A stretch of 63,761 nucleotides of DNA, counting the filler, from Octopus bimaculoides (lineage: Eukaryota): NCBI RefSeq assembly GCF_001194135.2. It is 6 parts of 5 records of this genome, joined end to end, with 100 filler letters (N's around TTAATTAATTAA, not from the genome) between each part and the next. Parts side by side here need not be neighbours in the genome. Positions count along the whole stretch, not along the records: positions 25,805 to 37,425 come from NC_068982.1; positions 37,526 to 52,471 come from NC_068985.1; 4 more parts are not named here. One strand, 5' to 3'. The translations under genes were made by a program, and so were the position numbers. The notes beneath the pieces are model-generated. The model saw only the letters and a program-made list of their open reading frames with translations, searched no databases and was not told where the DNA came from. Within the stretch, counting starts at the first letter, position 1. The number at the start of each line of letters is the position of its first letter. Of this stretch, positions 35,816-48,765 are shown in pieces.

Positions 35816-36406
35816 NNNNNNNNNNNNNNNNNNNNNNNNNNNNNNNNNNNNNNNNNNNNNNNNNNNNNNNNNNNNNNNNNNNNNNNNNNNNNNNNNNNNN
35901 NNNNNNNNNNNNNNNNNNNNNNNNNNNNNNNNNNNNNNNNNNNNNNNNNNNNNNNNNNNNNNNNNNNNNNNNNNNNNNNNNNNNNNNNNNNNNNNNNNNN
36001 NNNNNNNNNNNNNNNNNNNNNNNNNNNNNNNNNNNNNNNNNNNNNNNNNNNNNNNNNNNNNNNNNNNNNNNNNNNNNNNNNNNNNNNNNNNNNNNNNNNN
36101 NNNNNNNNNNNNNNNNNNNNNNNNNNNNNNNNNNNNNNNNNNNNNNNNNNNNNNNNNNNNNNNNNNNNNNNNNNNNNNNNNNNNNNNNNNNNNNNNNNNN
36201 NNNNNNNNNNNNNNNNNNNNNNNNNNNNNNNNNNNNNNNNNNNNNNNNNNNNNNNNNNNNNNNNNNNNNNNNNTCCTCCTCCTCCTCCTTGTGTCACTCT
36301 TTGATCGATGAAAACTCCACTTTCTTTTTTTCTGTTGCAACTCCATGTCTTGGATGTTTGTGGCCAATAAAAGAAATCAGGAAATAATAAATGATCATGA
36401 TCATCG

Positions 36407-36500
<94 letters not shown>

Positions 36501-37070
36501 CAAAGTGAAATTGCAACTTCTATTTTTAAAAACTTTTGTCGTTATTAATATATGACAAATTGTTTTTATCTTAGCATCGTCAGTTTTCGCAATGTTTTTA
36601 ATATTTCTACGTAAAAGTAGTTTAAACAGCATTAGTTAAAAAATATTGCAATAGTTTAAAAGATTTTAAGATGGCTTTTCTTGTTTATGTCGTTTTTAAA
36701 GATGTTTATCTGACGGTGATGGTGAAGTGATGGTGATTGCTAAGTGATGGTGGCTATGTGATCGTGCCGCTGATGGCGCTTGCTGTGATGAGGTTGCTCC
36801 GGTGATTGTGGCAGTGGTTAAACGTTTCGGGCTTACGATAAGTGTCTGTAGGATAGTATACATATATATATATATNNNNNNNNNNGAGAGAGAGAGAGAG
36901 AGAGGGAGAGACAGAGAGAGAGAGAGAGAGAGAGATCAAAAGAGAGGGTGAGAGAAGGGATAGAAAAAGAAAGGCAGTGAAACTTCAGGAAAGGTGGTGA
37001 GGGCGAAGACAGTTCAAAAAATGTATGGACACGAGAAAACATGGAGACGAAATATATACACACATGTATA

Positions 37071-37165
37071 CAGTAATCCGTCACCATATCGCGGTTCACC
37101 TATCGCGGTTCACCTGTCGCGGTTCACCTATCGCGGTATATTATTTAAGCTTACGTCGATTCCTC
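37071..37165 (+). mobile_element. Left end of a second Tigger-like MITE copy (~3.6 x 14-bp units)
   Basis: TA|CAGTAATCC...(TATCGCGGTTCACC)n...TTTAAGCTTACGTCGATTCCTC, as at 4119. Confidence 0.8.
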
Positions 37166-37189
37166 TGTCGTGTTCTTCTTTTATTCTAT

Positions 37190-37410
<221 letters not shown>

Positions 37411-37469
37411 AGTTTATATGCGTACNNNNNNNNNNNNNNNNNNNNNNNNNNNNNNNNNNNNNNNNNNNN

Positions 37470-37481
37470 TTAATTAATTAA
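37470..37481. other. Synthetic scaffold join marker
   Basis: TTAATTAATTAA in a 100-bp gap (37426-37525). Confidence 0.95.
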
Positions 37482-37525
37482 NNNNNNNNNNNNNNNNNNN
37501 NNNNNNNNNNNNNNNNNNNNNNNNN

Positions 37526-37573
<48 letters not shown>

Positions 37574-39367
37574 AATAAGAACCTTAACAACAACGATGAT
37601 GGCGACGACTATGGCAACGACAACAGCTTCAACATCAACGGCTACGGCAACAACAATGACTTTATATTTGAAATGATTGTCCGCAAAGTTATCAATAATT
37701 TTAATAGCATCCAGACAATATCACCTCTAAACAGAAATATGACAGGATCGTTAATAACGACAGCTGTAAGCTTCACCATTTATATTAATCACACAGCTAA
37801 GAAACCACAGACTATTTCAGAAATTCGCTTTCATCTAAAATTGACTTCCAAATCCCACAATGCAGTCTTTTTTATTCCTGTTTCCTTCCTTCTTTCTTTC
37901 CTTCTTTGTGTTATTTCCTTTATATTTTTGTGTTGCTTGGCTTTTTACTTTGTTTCTTCCTATTTAATGTTATATTCTAACCGAATAGAATATCGCTAGT
38001 AATGTAAATTAAATCCGTATACTTTGACTCTACACATATCATGCACACATATGTACATATGCATATGTATCATTGTGTATATATATATATATATATATNN
38101 NNNNNNNNNNNNNNNNNNNNNNNNNNNNNNNNNNNNNNNNNNNNNNNNNNNNNNNNNNNNNNNNNNNNNNNNNNNNNNNNNNNNNNNNNNNNNNNNNNNN
38201 NNNNNNNNNNNNNNNNNNNNNNNNNNNNNNNNNNNNNNNNNNNNNNNNNNNNNNNNNNNNNNNNNNNNNNNNNNNNNNNNNNNNNNNNNNNNNNNNNNNN
38301 NNNNNNNNNNNNNNNNNNNNNNNNNNNNNNNNNNNNNNNNNNNNNNNNNNNNNNNNNNNNNNNNNNNNNNNNNNNNNNNNNNNNNNNNNNNNNNNNNNNN
38401 NNNNNNNNNNNNNNNNNNNNNNNNNNNNNNNNNNNNNNNNNNNNNNNNNNNNNNNNNNNNNNNNNNNNNNNNTATATATATACATATATCTATTTATATG
38501 TATATTTATGGGTGTTCTTATTAACGCATGCATATGCAAGTACACATATATATGTTAATGTAACACAATAGTTGCAGCTATAGATAAATGTGTGTGTGTG
38601 TGTGTGTGTGCATGCGTGCATGCGTACGCGCGCGAATGCACGTACTTATATTTGTGTTTCTGTGTGTGTGCAAATTTGGATATTTCTTTGAGATAGTAAA
38701 ATTGGAAAACCATTATTCGTATCTGAATTCTTCAGAATGTGCATCAGACAAAGTGCACAGCGATATGGTGCTGCTTCTTTGCCTTTTCAAATCACATTGT
38801 TCACTACTCTTTTCTCTTCACCGGATTTCAGCCACTTAAAATATATCCGCCTATAATACAACAGGTGACTACAGGTTGACTAAAAACATTGATCAAATGT
38901 TACTCCAGCGTCTTGTGTTCCACCGCGACAAAAGAGCCTAAAATTCGTTTCCATTTCTTTATCAACTAGTGTCATACATTATTTCCGTATATTTGCAACT
39001 CGTGTTTTGTTGTTTTTTTATAATTTTGGGTTATATGATTATTGATCTTTGTAACATAAGGTATCATAGAGGAATATATATACACCTATAGAAATGCATA
39101 CATATATGCGTGTGTATGTGTCTGTACGTGTGTGTGTGTGTGTGCGTGCGTGTGTACGTATCTATACGAAGAATTATGACAAACTTAGGTTTATAATTTG
39201 TTCTCTATGCACGTTTCACCATTGCGGCTATATCGAACTGCTTTGGGTGTCTGAAGTGCCATCGGATGCTGAATCACACCTAATATTACTATTAAGGTTA
39301 GTATATATGTATAAATGCGCTTATATATAAAAGCATATATATGTATATATATATACACATGTGCATA

Positions 39368-39690
39368 TTGGGTCAACCAATAAATAATACGGTTTATTCA
39401 ATTGCATTAACTAAAAGTCGGAGGGAAACGGGATAAACTACCTGCATCAACATGCTATAAAAAGAGGTAGTAATTTCACCTTATCCTTATTCTTAATGCA
39501 CATTTTGAAGAGTGCAGTGAAAGTGACAAAGGAGCACATTCGGCATATTTTGCTATATGAGTTCAATAAAGGCAACAACACAACGGAAAGTGCGAGGAAT
39601 ATTTATGCAGTATATGGGGATCGAACACTAAGCGTAAGCCAATATCAACGATGGTTCCAGAAATTCCTAGCCGGAAACCACAGTGTTTTA
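39368..39690 (+). mobile_element. Mariner (Mos1-type) 5' fragment: TIR plus N-terminal HTH
   Basis: TA|TTGGGTCAACCAATAA TIR-like end; VTKEHIRHILLYEFNKGNNTTESARNIYAVYGDRTLSVSQYQRWFQKF matches the mariner HTH region. Confidence 0.85.
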
Positions 39691-39849
39691 AATAAACACC
39701 AACTCTAGCTTATACTATAGAATAATAACAAAAATACAAACGAAAACATAACTCAAGAAATGCATCATCAAGCTCTTAATCAATGCACAAGCTATTGATA
39801 TAAAGGTTAATACATGTGTAATAGTTACTGCAGTTTAGATGAACGCATA

Positions 39850-40260
39850 ATGGATATCTCATAAAACAAGGCAATAAAATCTATTGTTACAAACCTTAAA
39901 ATAAAGCAATTAATATTCTACAAAACATTTAAGAACTTTTAAATGACACGAAACCACAAGTTCGTAAGCATGCGATGAAATTACTGATGGCCGTTGAGAT
40001 AAAGGAACTTGATATCAAACGTGAAAGTCATAAACCACATGTTTTCAAGTGTAATATTTGGGATACAATTACGGCACTGTCCTACTAGTTCGAAATGCAG
40101 TTGTAACATGAACCAGCTGGTATACGCTACATCATACAAAAATATAGGGAAAATATTAGTAAGCAAATGTGAAGAAAATTTCGGCAAATATCAACTATTT
40201 ATGATATAAAGGTTACAGATGCCACAATACAATGGTAAAATAAGTTTATGTTCGTTAACG
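39850..40260 (+). mobile_element. Possible decayed Penelope-like linker/GIY-YIG region
   Basis: HCPTSSKCSCNMNQLVYATSY loosely matches PLE CPLxGKC..NxVYxA. Heavily mutated. Confidence 0.35.
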
Positions 40261-40497
40261 ACAAAGATAAACACTGGTCTAATGATGCATAAATGTAACA
40301 GACAAACATCAACAATTGTGGCAGTAGTTTTAGTAGTAATCATATGAGCCTGATTCAGAAGAATAGACTGTGAAAGATAATAAATATTTGACATTTTGGA
40401 TACATGCGCCTACATACACATATACACAAACGTCCATATATGCATATATGTGCGTACGTATGCATGTATATATGCATGTATGTATGTATTTATGTTT

Positions 40498-40690
40498 TGG
40501 GGCGCGTGGCTTATAGATTAAAGGTGCTGTAGTTATTATAGTAGAATTGTCGTCTCAATTCCTGGACCGAACGATGCGTTCTGTTGTTAAGCAAAAATAT
40601 TCATTTCACGTTGATCCAATCCCCTCAGCTAGCAAAAATAAATAATCCTGCGATGGACCGGCATCTTGTCCAGGAATGGGATGGTATATA
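40498..40690 (+). mobile_element. SINE family D, degenerate
   Basis: GGGGCGCGTGGCTT head, TCAATTCCTGGACC, ...CCTGCGATGGACCGGCATCTTGTCCAGG. Confidence 0.65.
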
Positions 40691-40902
40691 TATATAAGCC
40701 AGAGAATCTGGGAAACCAGCCTCATGCACCATAAGGGATGGACTGGAATCCTTTTTTTAATGTAAATACGACTAATAAGAAAAGCTCAATATGCATGGAG
40801 ACATGCATGAGATCGGAAGAGCNNNNNNNNNNNNNNNNNNNNNNNNNNNNNNNNNNNNNNNNNNNNNNNNNNNNNNNNNNNNNNNNNNNNNNNNNNNNNN
40901 NN

Positions 40903-40947
<45 letters not shown>

Positions 40948-43124
40948 GGAATGGAAATAAGTTTGGAGGAATAACTTAAAGAGAATATTTCCAGGATTTA
41001 ATCAGTAGAGCTACTTATCATGTCTATGTACCGCTTAAAGGTGTAAGGTTTTTTTTTTTTAATCCACAATATTCCCACCCCAACATTAACTAGATTCTGT
41101 AATAGTAAAAAGATAATTGACTGCCCGCAAGGAAATAAATGCCTAACCAAAAACACTGTATATAATTGTAATGACTAAACTTATCTACATGCTTTCAATC
41201 AAGTAGTTTCCACTTATTCTAATATTAAATCAAGAAACATAATAAAATATATACATGATGAAGAGGAGATAACATGAAGACAAAATTGCTTTCCGCGAAA
41301 GACTGGGAGTTAAAGGACACACTTATTGATTTTCATCTAACGTGAAGCATCGCTAATCATGATAAGCCTTTATGTCAGTGATAGGTATGGATGCAATCTC
41401 TACTGTTTGGGACTGTGAGAAATCTTAAAATACACAGGTGATGTTATTAATGAATTAAAGATCAAATGCCTGCATTTTATCCCTAGAAATTTCTGATACT
41501 TTAAACCGATTGTATAAAGTCTTCTCCGATTGCAAGATATGTACCTATAATCATTCAATATAGACTTTAATTACACATAATACGATTCATAAATTCATAA
41601 ATACTGTTGTATTTTAATGCAATCAATACTAATAACTTATTATTTAAGCTACCTTTACCTACTCTTACTTCGAACAACAGATACCGATGGTTGTAAATTT
41701 ATATAACTAATAATTTTGTGAAATTATTCAATTTTCTTCTAACCTTAAGTGGTTTCTTTATAATATCTGCTACATCCACCCTACTGATATCCTTCATAAT
41801 TCTTTATAATTCGTTATAATCCTATAAATGTTGTTAACATTTATTAACATTTAAGCCGTTACGATACTTATAAATTTTTATAACATTTCCTTAATACCTC
41901 CAATAATTTTAAATTATTATAGTAGCGATCTGACCTATCTACTTAATCTATATGACTTTCATTGATTTGCTTCATTTTCAATAATAATGTGATGATATTG
42001 GTTTATACAAACTTTTGGATTCGTAGTTTTTCGATTTTTTAATGGAAATAGCTGTTCGGTTTTCAGTTGTCTACCAATTCCTAAAATATACATATCTGAT
42101 GTTTTTAAACTTCGATATTTAACTTGCAAATTTATATTTTATGTTAAAAGATTATTTCCTAAACTACTTTCATTAATCTAGTATACGCATGTATCTATTT
42201 CTTCATGCTAATGCTGTATTCCTGCCAATAGTGTTGTTCAGATTCTCTATAAGATTTATTCGAAACCACTTCTATTTAGCAACTTATAGGTTATGATTGC
42301 TGGCATTCTGATTATAGCTATCTCTATATATTTTCTTTTCCATTTTTTCCTCTCTATTTTCTTTGCCGCTCCTTCGAAATTTCGCGGGGATGTTATTCTC
42401 TGCCTTTTTCTTTATTTACCCTGAATAGTTCTTCGCTGGATCGCCTTTAAATAAAACTATTATTTCTTCAATAATTAAATCTGCAATAAATAACCGGAGT
42501 ATTTTAATCAAGAAGAAGTAAGTAAATGAATTAGTAACGTTTGAATTTATTAACCATGTTATTCCCTTGATGTATTAAACAATAGAACATAGTAAATAGG
42601 GGGTTTTTTCTCTTTTTGAGAACAACTTTGGCAATTGCCTTCTGAAATGTTTCCATAGGGCGAAATGTAATGCTTGGCGCCTGCTATCTGCTGATATACA
42701 ATCTTGTCTTGCCAGTATCAGCTTTCATGTGTAATGTCACTAAGTTTAATGATATTTTTTTTAGAAGCGATATATATTTTAGCTATTCTACAATTTACAG
42801 CCTCGTGTTGCAATCAACCTATGTGGTTTACTGATGGTAGTCACGCCCAGTTTACATTTCTTAAATGCTGGTAACTCTGATTCGAAATCTCACTTGTTGA
42901 TGAACTGCTGATTCATCAGTACGTCTCTCCTCTCTCGTGTATTTTGGTAATACTGACGAGTTGAGAGTTGTGTAACGTAATTCACTTTATGAACGTTGTT
43001 CATGTTACGTACTTGATGCTATCATCTTTACAGCATAATGGAGACTCTTAATGAAACAATCGTAACTATTCTAGATAATCCATTCGACAGTTCTATTAAA
43101 AGGAAATCATCATTATTTTTATTA

Positions 43125-43487
43125 AGTGAGAGAGCAGTGCATGCCATCAAAGTGACACTGGGGTAAAATATACGAAGCCCAGTTTACCCATCATGACTAC
43201 CCTTCTGATAAGGGCACACCAGTCACATGCATCACAACCATATGTGCGCGATATAGTGGTCTCATATCAAGATAAACAGCTCATGACCTCGTAGGTGGGG
43301 CCCAGTTAGAATTTTCTTCAGGTCGAGTAGCCCATCCCGTTCAAAAGGTCCCTGAATAAGATTTGTTTAAGGATGTTGAGCAAAACACCCATGTTTCCAA
43401 AGGTGAATTATTCAAATACCAAAGAATTCCTCTCAAAACATGGCTATGATGCTCCGCCACTACTTCTGCTCATGATCAGAGATGCAC
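43125..43487 (-). mobile_element. LINE-derived 3' region or SINE (family E, RTE-like tail)
   Basis: Homologous to 56051-56525. The minus strand ends GCATGCACTGCTCTCTCACTTAAT with a short (AAT/GAT) tail. Confidence 0.7.
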
Positions 43488-44089
43488 NNNNNNNNNNNNN
43501 NNNNNNNNNNNNNNNNNNNNNNNNNNNNNNNNNNNNNNNNNNNNNNNNNNNNNNNNNNNNNNNNNNNNNNNNNNNNNNNNNNNNNNNNNNNNNNNNNNNN
43601 NNNNNNNNNNNNNNNNNNNNNNNNNNNNNNNNNNNNNNNNNNNNNNNNNNNNNNNNNNNNNNNNNNNNNNNNNNNNNNNNNNNNNNNNNNNNNNNNNNNN
43701 NNNNNNNNNNNNNNNNNNNNNNNNNNNNNNNNNNNNNNNNNNNNNNNNNNNNNNNNNNNNNNNNNNNNNNNNNNNNNNNNNNNNNNNNNNNNNNNNNNNN
43801 NNNNNNNNNNNNNNNNNNNNNNNNNNNNNNNNNNNNNNNNNNNNNNNNNNNNNNNNNNNNNNNNNNNNNNNNNNNNNNNNNNNNNNNNNNNNNNNNNNNN
43901 NNNNNNNNNNNNNNNNNNNNNNNNNNNNNNNNNNNNNNNNNNNNNNNNNNNNNNNNNNNNNNNNNNNNNNNNNNNNNNNNNNNNNNNNNNNNNNNNNNNN
44001 NNNNNNNNNNNNNNNNNNNNNNNNNNNNNNNNNNNNNNNNNNNNNNNNNNNNNNNNNNNNNNNNNNNNNNNNNNNNNNNNNNNNNNNNN

Positions 44090-44125
<36 letters not shown>

Positions 44126-44590
44126 ATAACTACATATATGTAATATAAATTTATGAAGGTACGTATGTGTGGTGTATGTATGTAATCTATTTAGCAAAAA
44201 TAGTCAATAAGTTAGCATCTATAATGGTGTAATTATTAGTACAAAAATAGATAACAAACACTGCAAATTGACAATTTACAACATTCCCTTACAGCATTAA
44301 CGCTGCTACTATACAAAAACAAAACCTTCTCACAGCAGTTGAAAATTTATCGACAAATTCCTTCTTTGATTTAGTACTACGGATTCGAATACACTTACAA
44401 TTATAGCATCATCGTAAGAATGCAGCTGAAAATTCAACGAAAATAGCATTGTTATATTGATAGAGAACCGAAGCCCTTAATTATACCCTACAGTTCCGTT
44501 GGCAATGACATTCAGTATAAACTAATAAGCCATAATCTTCGGAAGGATGTCTTAACTCTCGAAGAACAATAACTGGTTTTAACTTTATAC

Positions 44591-44658
<68 letters not shown>

Positions 44659-45529
44659 NNNNNNNNNNNNNNNNNNNNNNNNNNNNNNNNNNNNNNNNNN
44701 NNNNNNNNNNNNNNNNNNNNNNNNNNNNNNNNNNNNNNNNNNNNNNNNNNNNNNNNNNNNNNNNNNNNNNNNNNNNNNNNNNNNNNNNNNNNNNNNNNNN
44801 NNNNNNNNNNNNNNNNNNNNNNNNNNNNNNNNNNNNNNNNNNNNNNNNNNNNNNNNNNNNNNNNNNNNNNNNNNNNNNNNNNNNNNNNNNNNNNNNNNNN
44901 NNNNNNNNNNNNNNNNNNNNNNNNNNNNNNNNNNNNNNNNNNNNNNNNNNNNNNNNNNNNNNNNNNNNNNNNNNNNNNNNNNNNNNNNNNNNNNNNNNNN
45001 NNNNNNNNNNNNNNNNNNNNNNNNNNNNNNNNNNNNNNNNNACACACACACACACATACAAATACACACATACGCACATACAGATACACACACACTAAAA
45101 ACAATTGTGCGTAAACTAAGTAGGTTACACATGTGTTTATAAGAGTATTTTCGCATATATTGTGTACATATAAAACTATGATTGTGGACATAGAAACGGG
45201 AGAGAAATTGGAGTTACATGATGCGTATGTATGTGTGTGTGCGCGTGTGTTTATGTATGTGTGAGTACGTACACACACACACACACACACATAGTAGTAT
45301 ATTATATAATTATTTAATTCATTATACTGTTGTGTCTTGTTAACTTGTTTAAAAGATAACGATATGAGGAATTATATAAATATATATAATACTATGTGCG
45401 AGCGTGTGTGTGTGTATATACATACACATACACACACATATATTAAATTTTACAGATCGAAAATATCTCTTACAGAACTCAATATCTCGAACAGATTGTG
45501 TTCGTATGTTCATTATATTTATTTCTAAT

Positions 45530-45705
45530 CTAGGCACAAGGCCCGAAAATTTTTTGTGGGGGGTTGGGGAGGGCAGTCGATTAGATCGACCCCAGTACGC
45601 AACTGGTTCCTAATTGATCGACCACGAAAGGATGAAAGGCAAAGTCGACCTCTGTGGAATTTGAACTGAGAACGGCGTGCTAACGTTTCTGCCAGCTCGT
45701 TGCCT
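45530..45705 (-). mobile_element. SINE family B
   Basis: GATGAAAGGCAAAGTCGACC...GAATTTGAACT. Confidence 0.8.
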
Positions 45706-46105
45706 TCGTGTGTTTATTACACTAACATTTAACTGTCCATTATAATCTTTCACATTTCTGGGCTGCTAAAAAATTGCGAACAACTAGGGCAAGAGTGAAA
45801 CCTGAAGTAGATATCCAGCTTCCGATACCGACCACTGGGATAATAAACTTGTGGTGGGGTGCTTGAGTGCGTGTGTACTTAAAACACACGTTTGAGGTTT
45901 ACGTAATGTTTGATAGAAAATGAATCCATTACTGAGCCTTCCTCCATTACTGAATCTAAAATAATTTCGAATACTCCAACAACGATTTGGAGTCGTTTGT
46001 TATATTTGATTCATGTCGAAAATTTTGTTAAGCTGCACCGTTTCTTAAAGTAATACGAAGCATACATGTGCGTGTGTGTTTTCTGTGTGCGCGCGCACGT
46101 TTGTT

Positions 46106-46136
<31 letters not shown>

Positions 46137-46504
46137 TGACAGTTAAATAGATAGATAGAGAGATAGAGAGATACACACACATGGACACAGCACTCACACA
46201 CACGCACATGCAAGCATAAAGTGACAGGATGATGTATTGAATAACCACAACACTTGAGCAAAGAAAGAAAAATACTGAATTATTCGTAAGCCAGTTTCCC
46301 TTTTCTTGAACATTACTTCGAATTGGCTGCCAGTCTTTGACGTACTCTTAAAACATCGTCCTCCATTCACTGGAATTTCTCTTCGTATTTGGAGAAATCA
46401 AACAAAACCATAAGGCTAATTGGAAAGAATTTTCCAAGAAAAGGGGAGACAATTTATAGAAATCCTGAAATTAAATTTAAATTTCTTGAAACATTTTCAT
46501 CTTT

Positions 46505-46595
46505 TCTTTGAGTCTGACTTACGAATATCTCTGTATCTTTGAGTCTGACTTACGAATATCTCTGTATCTTTGAGTCTGACTTACGAATATCTCTG
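46505..46595 (+). repeat. 31-bp perfect tandem repeat x2.9
   Basis: TCTTTGAGTCTGACTTACGAATATCTCTGTA units start at 46505, 46536 and 46567. Confidence 0.95.
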
Positions 46596-47288
46596 AATTT
46601 TTCCATCATTGTCCAAATATGGTAACCATTCAATACACCCTCCTTTAACTTTATTTTTGTTTGAATGTGGGCGAGTGTGCACGTATTTATCATGATGTAG
46701 GCTTCCACAACTGTATTAATATTAATACAATCAGGTATCTTCATGTCATAAACGCATTCATACAAATTACAGCACCGACACATATAGCTACTACAAGACG
46801 GCGCAGGCACACAATTTCTCACACGCTAATGAATACTATTTCGAATCTCACATATATACGCCATTATGCATAGCAAACTTATTCGCAATATATTTTCCGA
46901 ACACTGATGAAAAGTGTAGGAATGACACAGAATGATGATGTGAGAAAGAAAATTATATGAGAAGTCGATAGACAGTAAATTGGCACAAAGAAACTGTAAA
47001 CAATAGTTTATAGTTCTGTTTAGCCTCTCATTGCGACATACACCATTTTTCTTCATTTTACCGCTGTGTGACATCGTTGATTCTGTTGTCCAGGATAAAT
47101 TTTAATTTACAGCCTGGGAATCGTCTATTTACTGTCGCCATTTCTTAACATATATCTCTTTCATTTTATTTTGAATCTGTAAAATCTTTAGTATGTTTTA
47201 TACTTTTCCCGCGCACGCACACATGCTCACACATTCATCATACACACACACACACACACACACATACACTCATATATATAAATCACAT

Positions 47289-47324
<36 letters not shown>

Positions 47325-48224
47325 CAATCACTCAGAAACAGAGGCACATACCATCTTTGATTCTGTAGTATTATATTTTTTTTCTTTATGTTGTTATTTA
47401 TGTTCAATTTTAATTTGAAAATGTCTAACTACAGCAACAAGGGCAACAACAAAAGAAAGAAAGGAAGAAAGAAAGAACGAAAGATAAAAGGAAGAAAGAA
47501 TGAATGAATGAATGAATGAAAGTCAAAGAAAGATAGGAATTGCCAGAAATGGTGGTTATTTAGTGTTCGCTGGCTTCGGTATCTAATACCATTTCACTTA
47601 TAAACTAGAATTCTTTAACTGTTTATATTTCATTCCTTTTAGACTTTTTACCTTATTTATTTTTATTGTTGTTGTTTTTGTTGCTAACATCAGCATCAGC
47701 AGCATCGTCGTAGTAGCAGCAACTTCATTTCCATTCTGATTGTTTATCGTATTCCTCTTATCTTTCCCTGCCGTTTCCTCGTTGTTTGACATATCTGAAT
47801 GTAGAAATCTACTCTTCATCTTGTTTTCTTTTCTTTTATAGTAAAATGTCGTCCCTTCTCCAACTGTGTATGTAACTACAATACAGTTAAAGTCATGTTA
47901 CAGCTCACAAGAATCGAATTAGTTTTTGCCAAATGTTAATCCATTCCATACTATTTGTTTAACCTCAATGGCACTTGTGGTACAAACTTCAAATATGAAA
48001 TTTACAAGATCGAAAAAAACAACCAAAATTAATAGAAAAGTAACAATTGAGTTATCTTGAGTTTTCATTTGATTTCAAACATTTCTGAATATTATTCTAT
48101 CACAAATATTTTCGAGACTAGAAAAGAATCAAAATGACAAAAATTGCTGTTTCTTTCTTACCTCTTGAGGCTGGAGAAAGGAGCATTGCTTATTCACTTG
48201 GTAAGTTATCCGACCGGTGAGTTT

Positions 48225-48500
48225 GTTCCTTATTTCTTTACTACCCACAAGGGGCTACTTATAGAGGGGACAAACAAGGACAGACAAACAGATTGTCTAT
48301 TATATCGACCCCAGTGCGTAACTGGTACTTATTTAATCGACCCCGAAAGGATGAAAAGCAAAGTTGACCTCGGCGGAATTTCAGCTCAGAACGTAGCAGC
48401 AGACGAAATACCGATTTCTTTATTATCCATAAAGGGCTACAGCAGACGAAATACCGTTAAGCATTTCGCCCGGCCTGGTAACGTTTCTGCTAGCTCGCCG
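48225..48500 (-). mobile_element. Family B SINE with a C-type LINE tail and an internal 27-bp insertion
   Basis: On the minus strand the B body runs into ...GTCCTTGTTTGTCCCCTC...GTGGGTAGTAAAGAAATAAG. 16-bp duplication at 48398-48413 and 48441-48456. Confidence 0.75.
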
Positions 48501-48544
48501 CCGCTGAGTTTGATCCTGTAGATACTGCCTTTAAAATGTTGGAG

Positions 48545-48765
48545 GTCAAGACCTGCAGGATTGACATGAGCATGAAATTTCAAAAGTGTAGAGGGACGCT
48601 ATTCAGGAGTGGTAGAAAAAAAAAGACAGAGAGAGGTGTCAGAATGTCTGAGAGACAGACGTTGGAACGTATCTGTTAGTGACTCAGTCGAGTGGTCCGT
48701 CGGTGGATGAGTTCCAAGATGTCTGAGTGCGAAATAACAGCACCGGCCCTGCAGTAGAAACAATA
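48545..48765 (-). mobile_element. Decayed CR1/L2-like LINE ORF2 3' fragment
   Basis: YCRAG...DILELIHRRTTRL resembles the YCSPVW...LExVQRRATRL motif. Confidence 0.45.

Noticed and set aside
36815-36850. CCCGAAACGTTT half-hammerhead on the minus strand
   Set aside because: The CUGANGA half is missing.
42800-42870. Plus-strand exon-like SCCNQPMWFTDGSHAQFTFLKC
   Set aside because: There are competing open frames on both strands, no recognisable family, and no compatible neighbouring exon.
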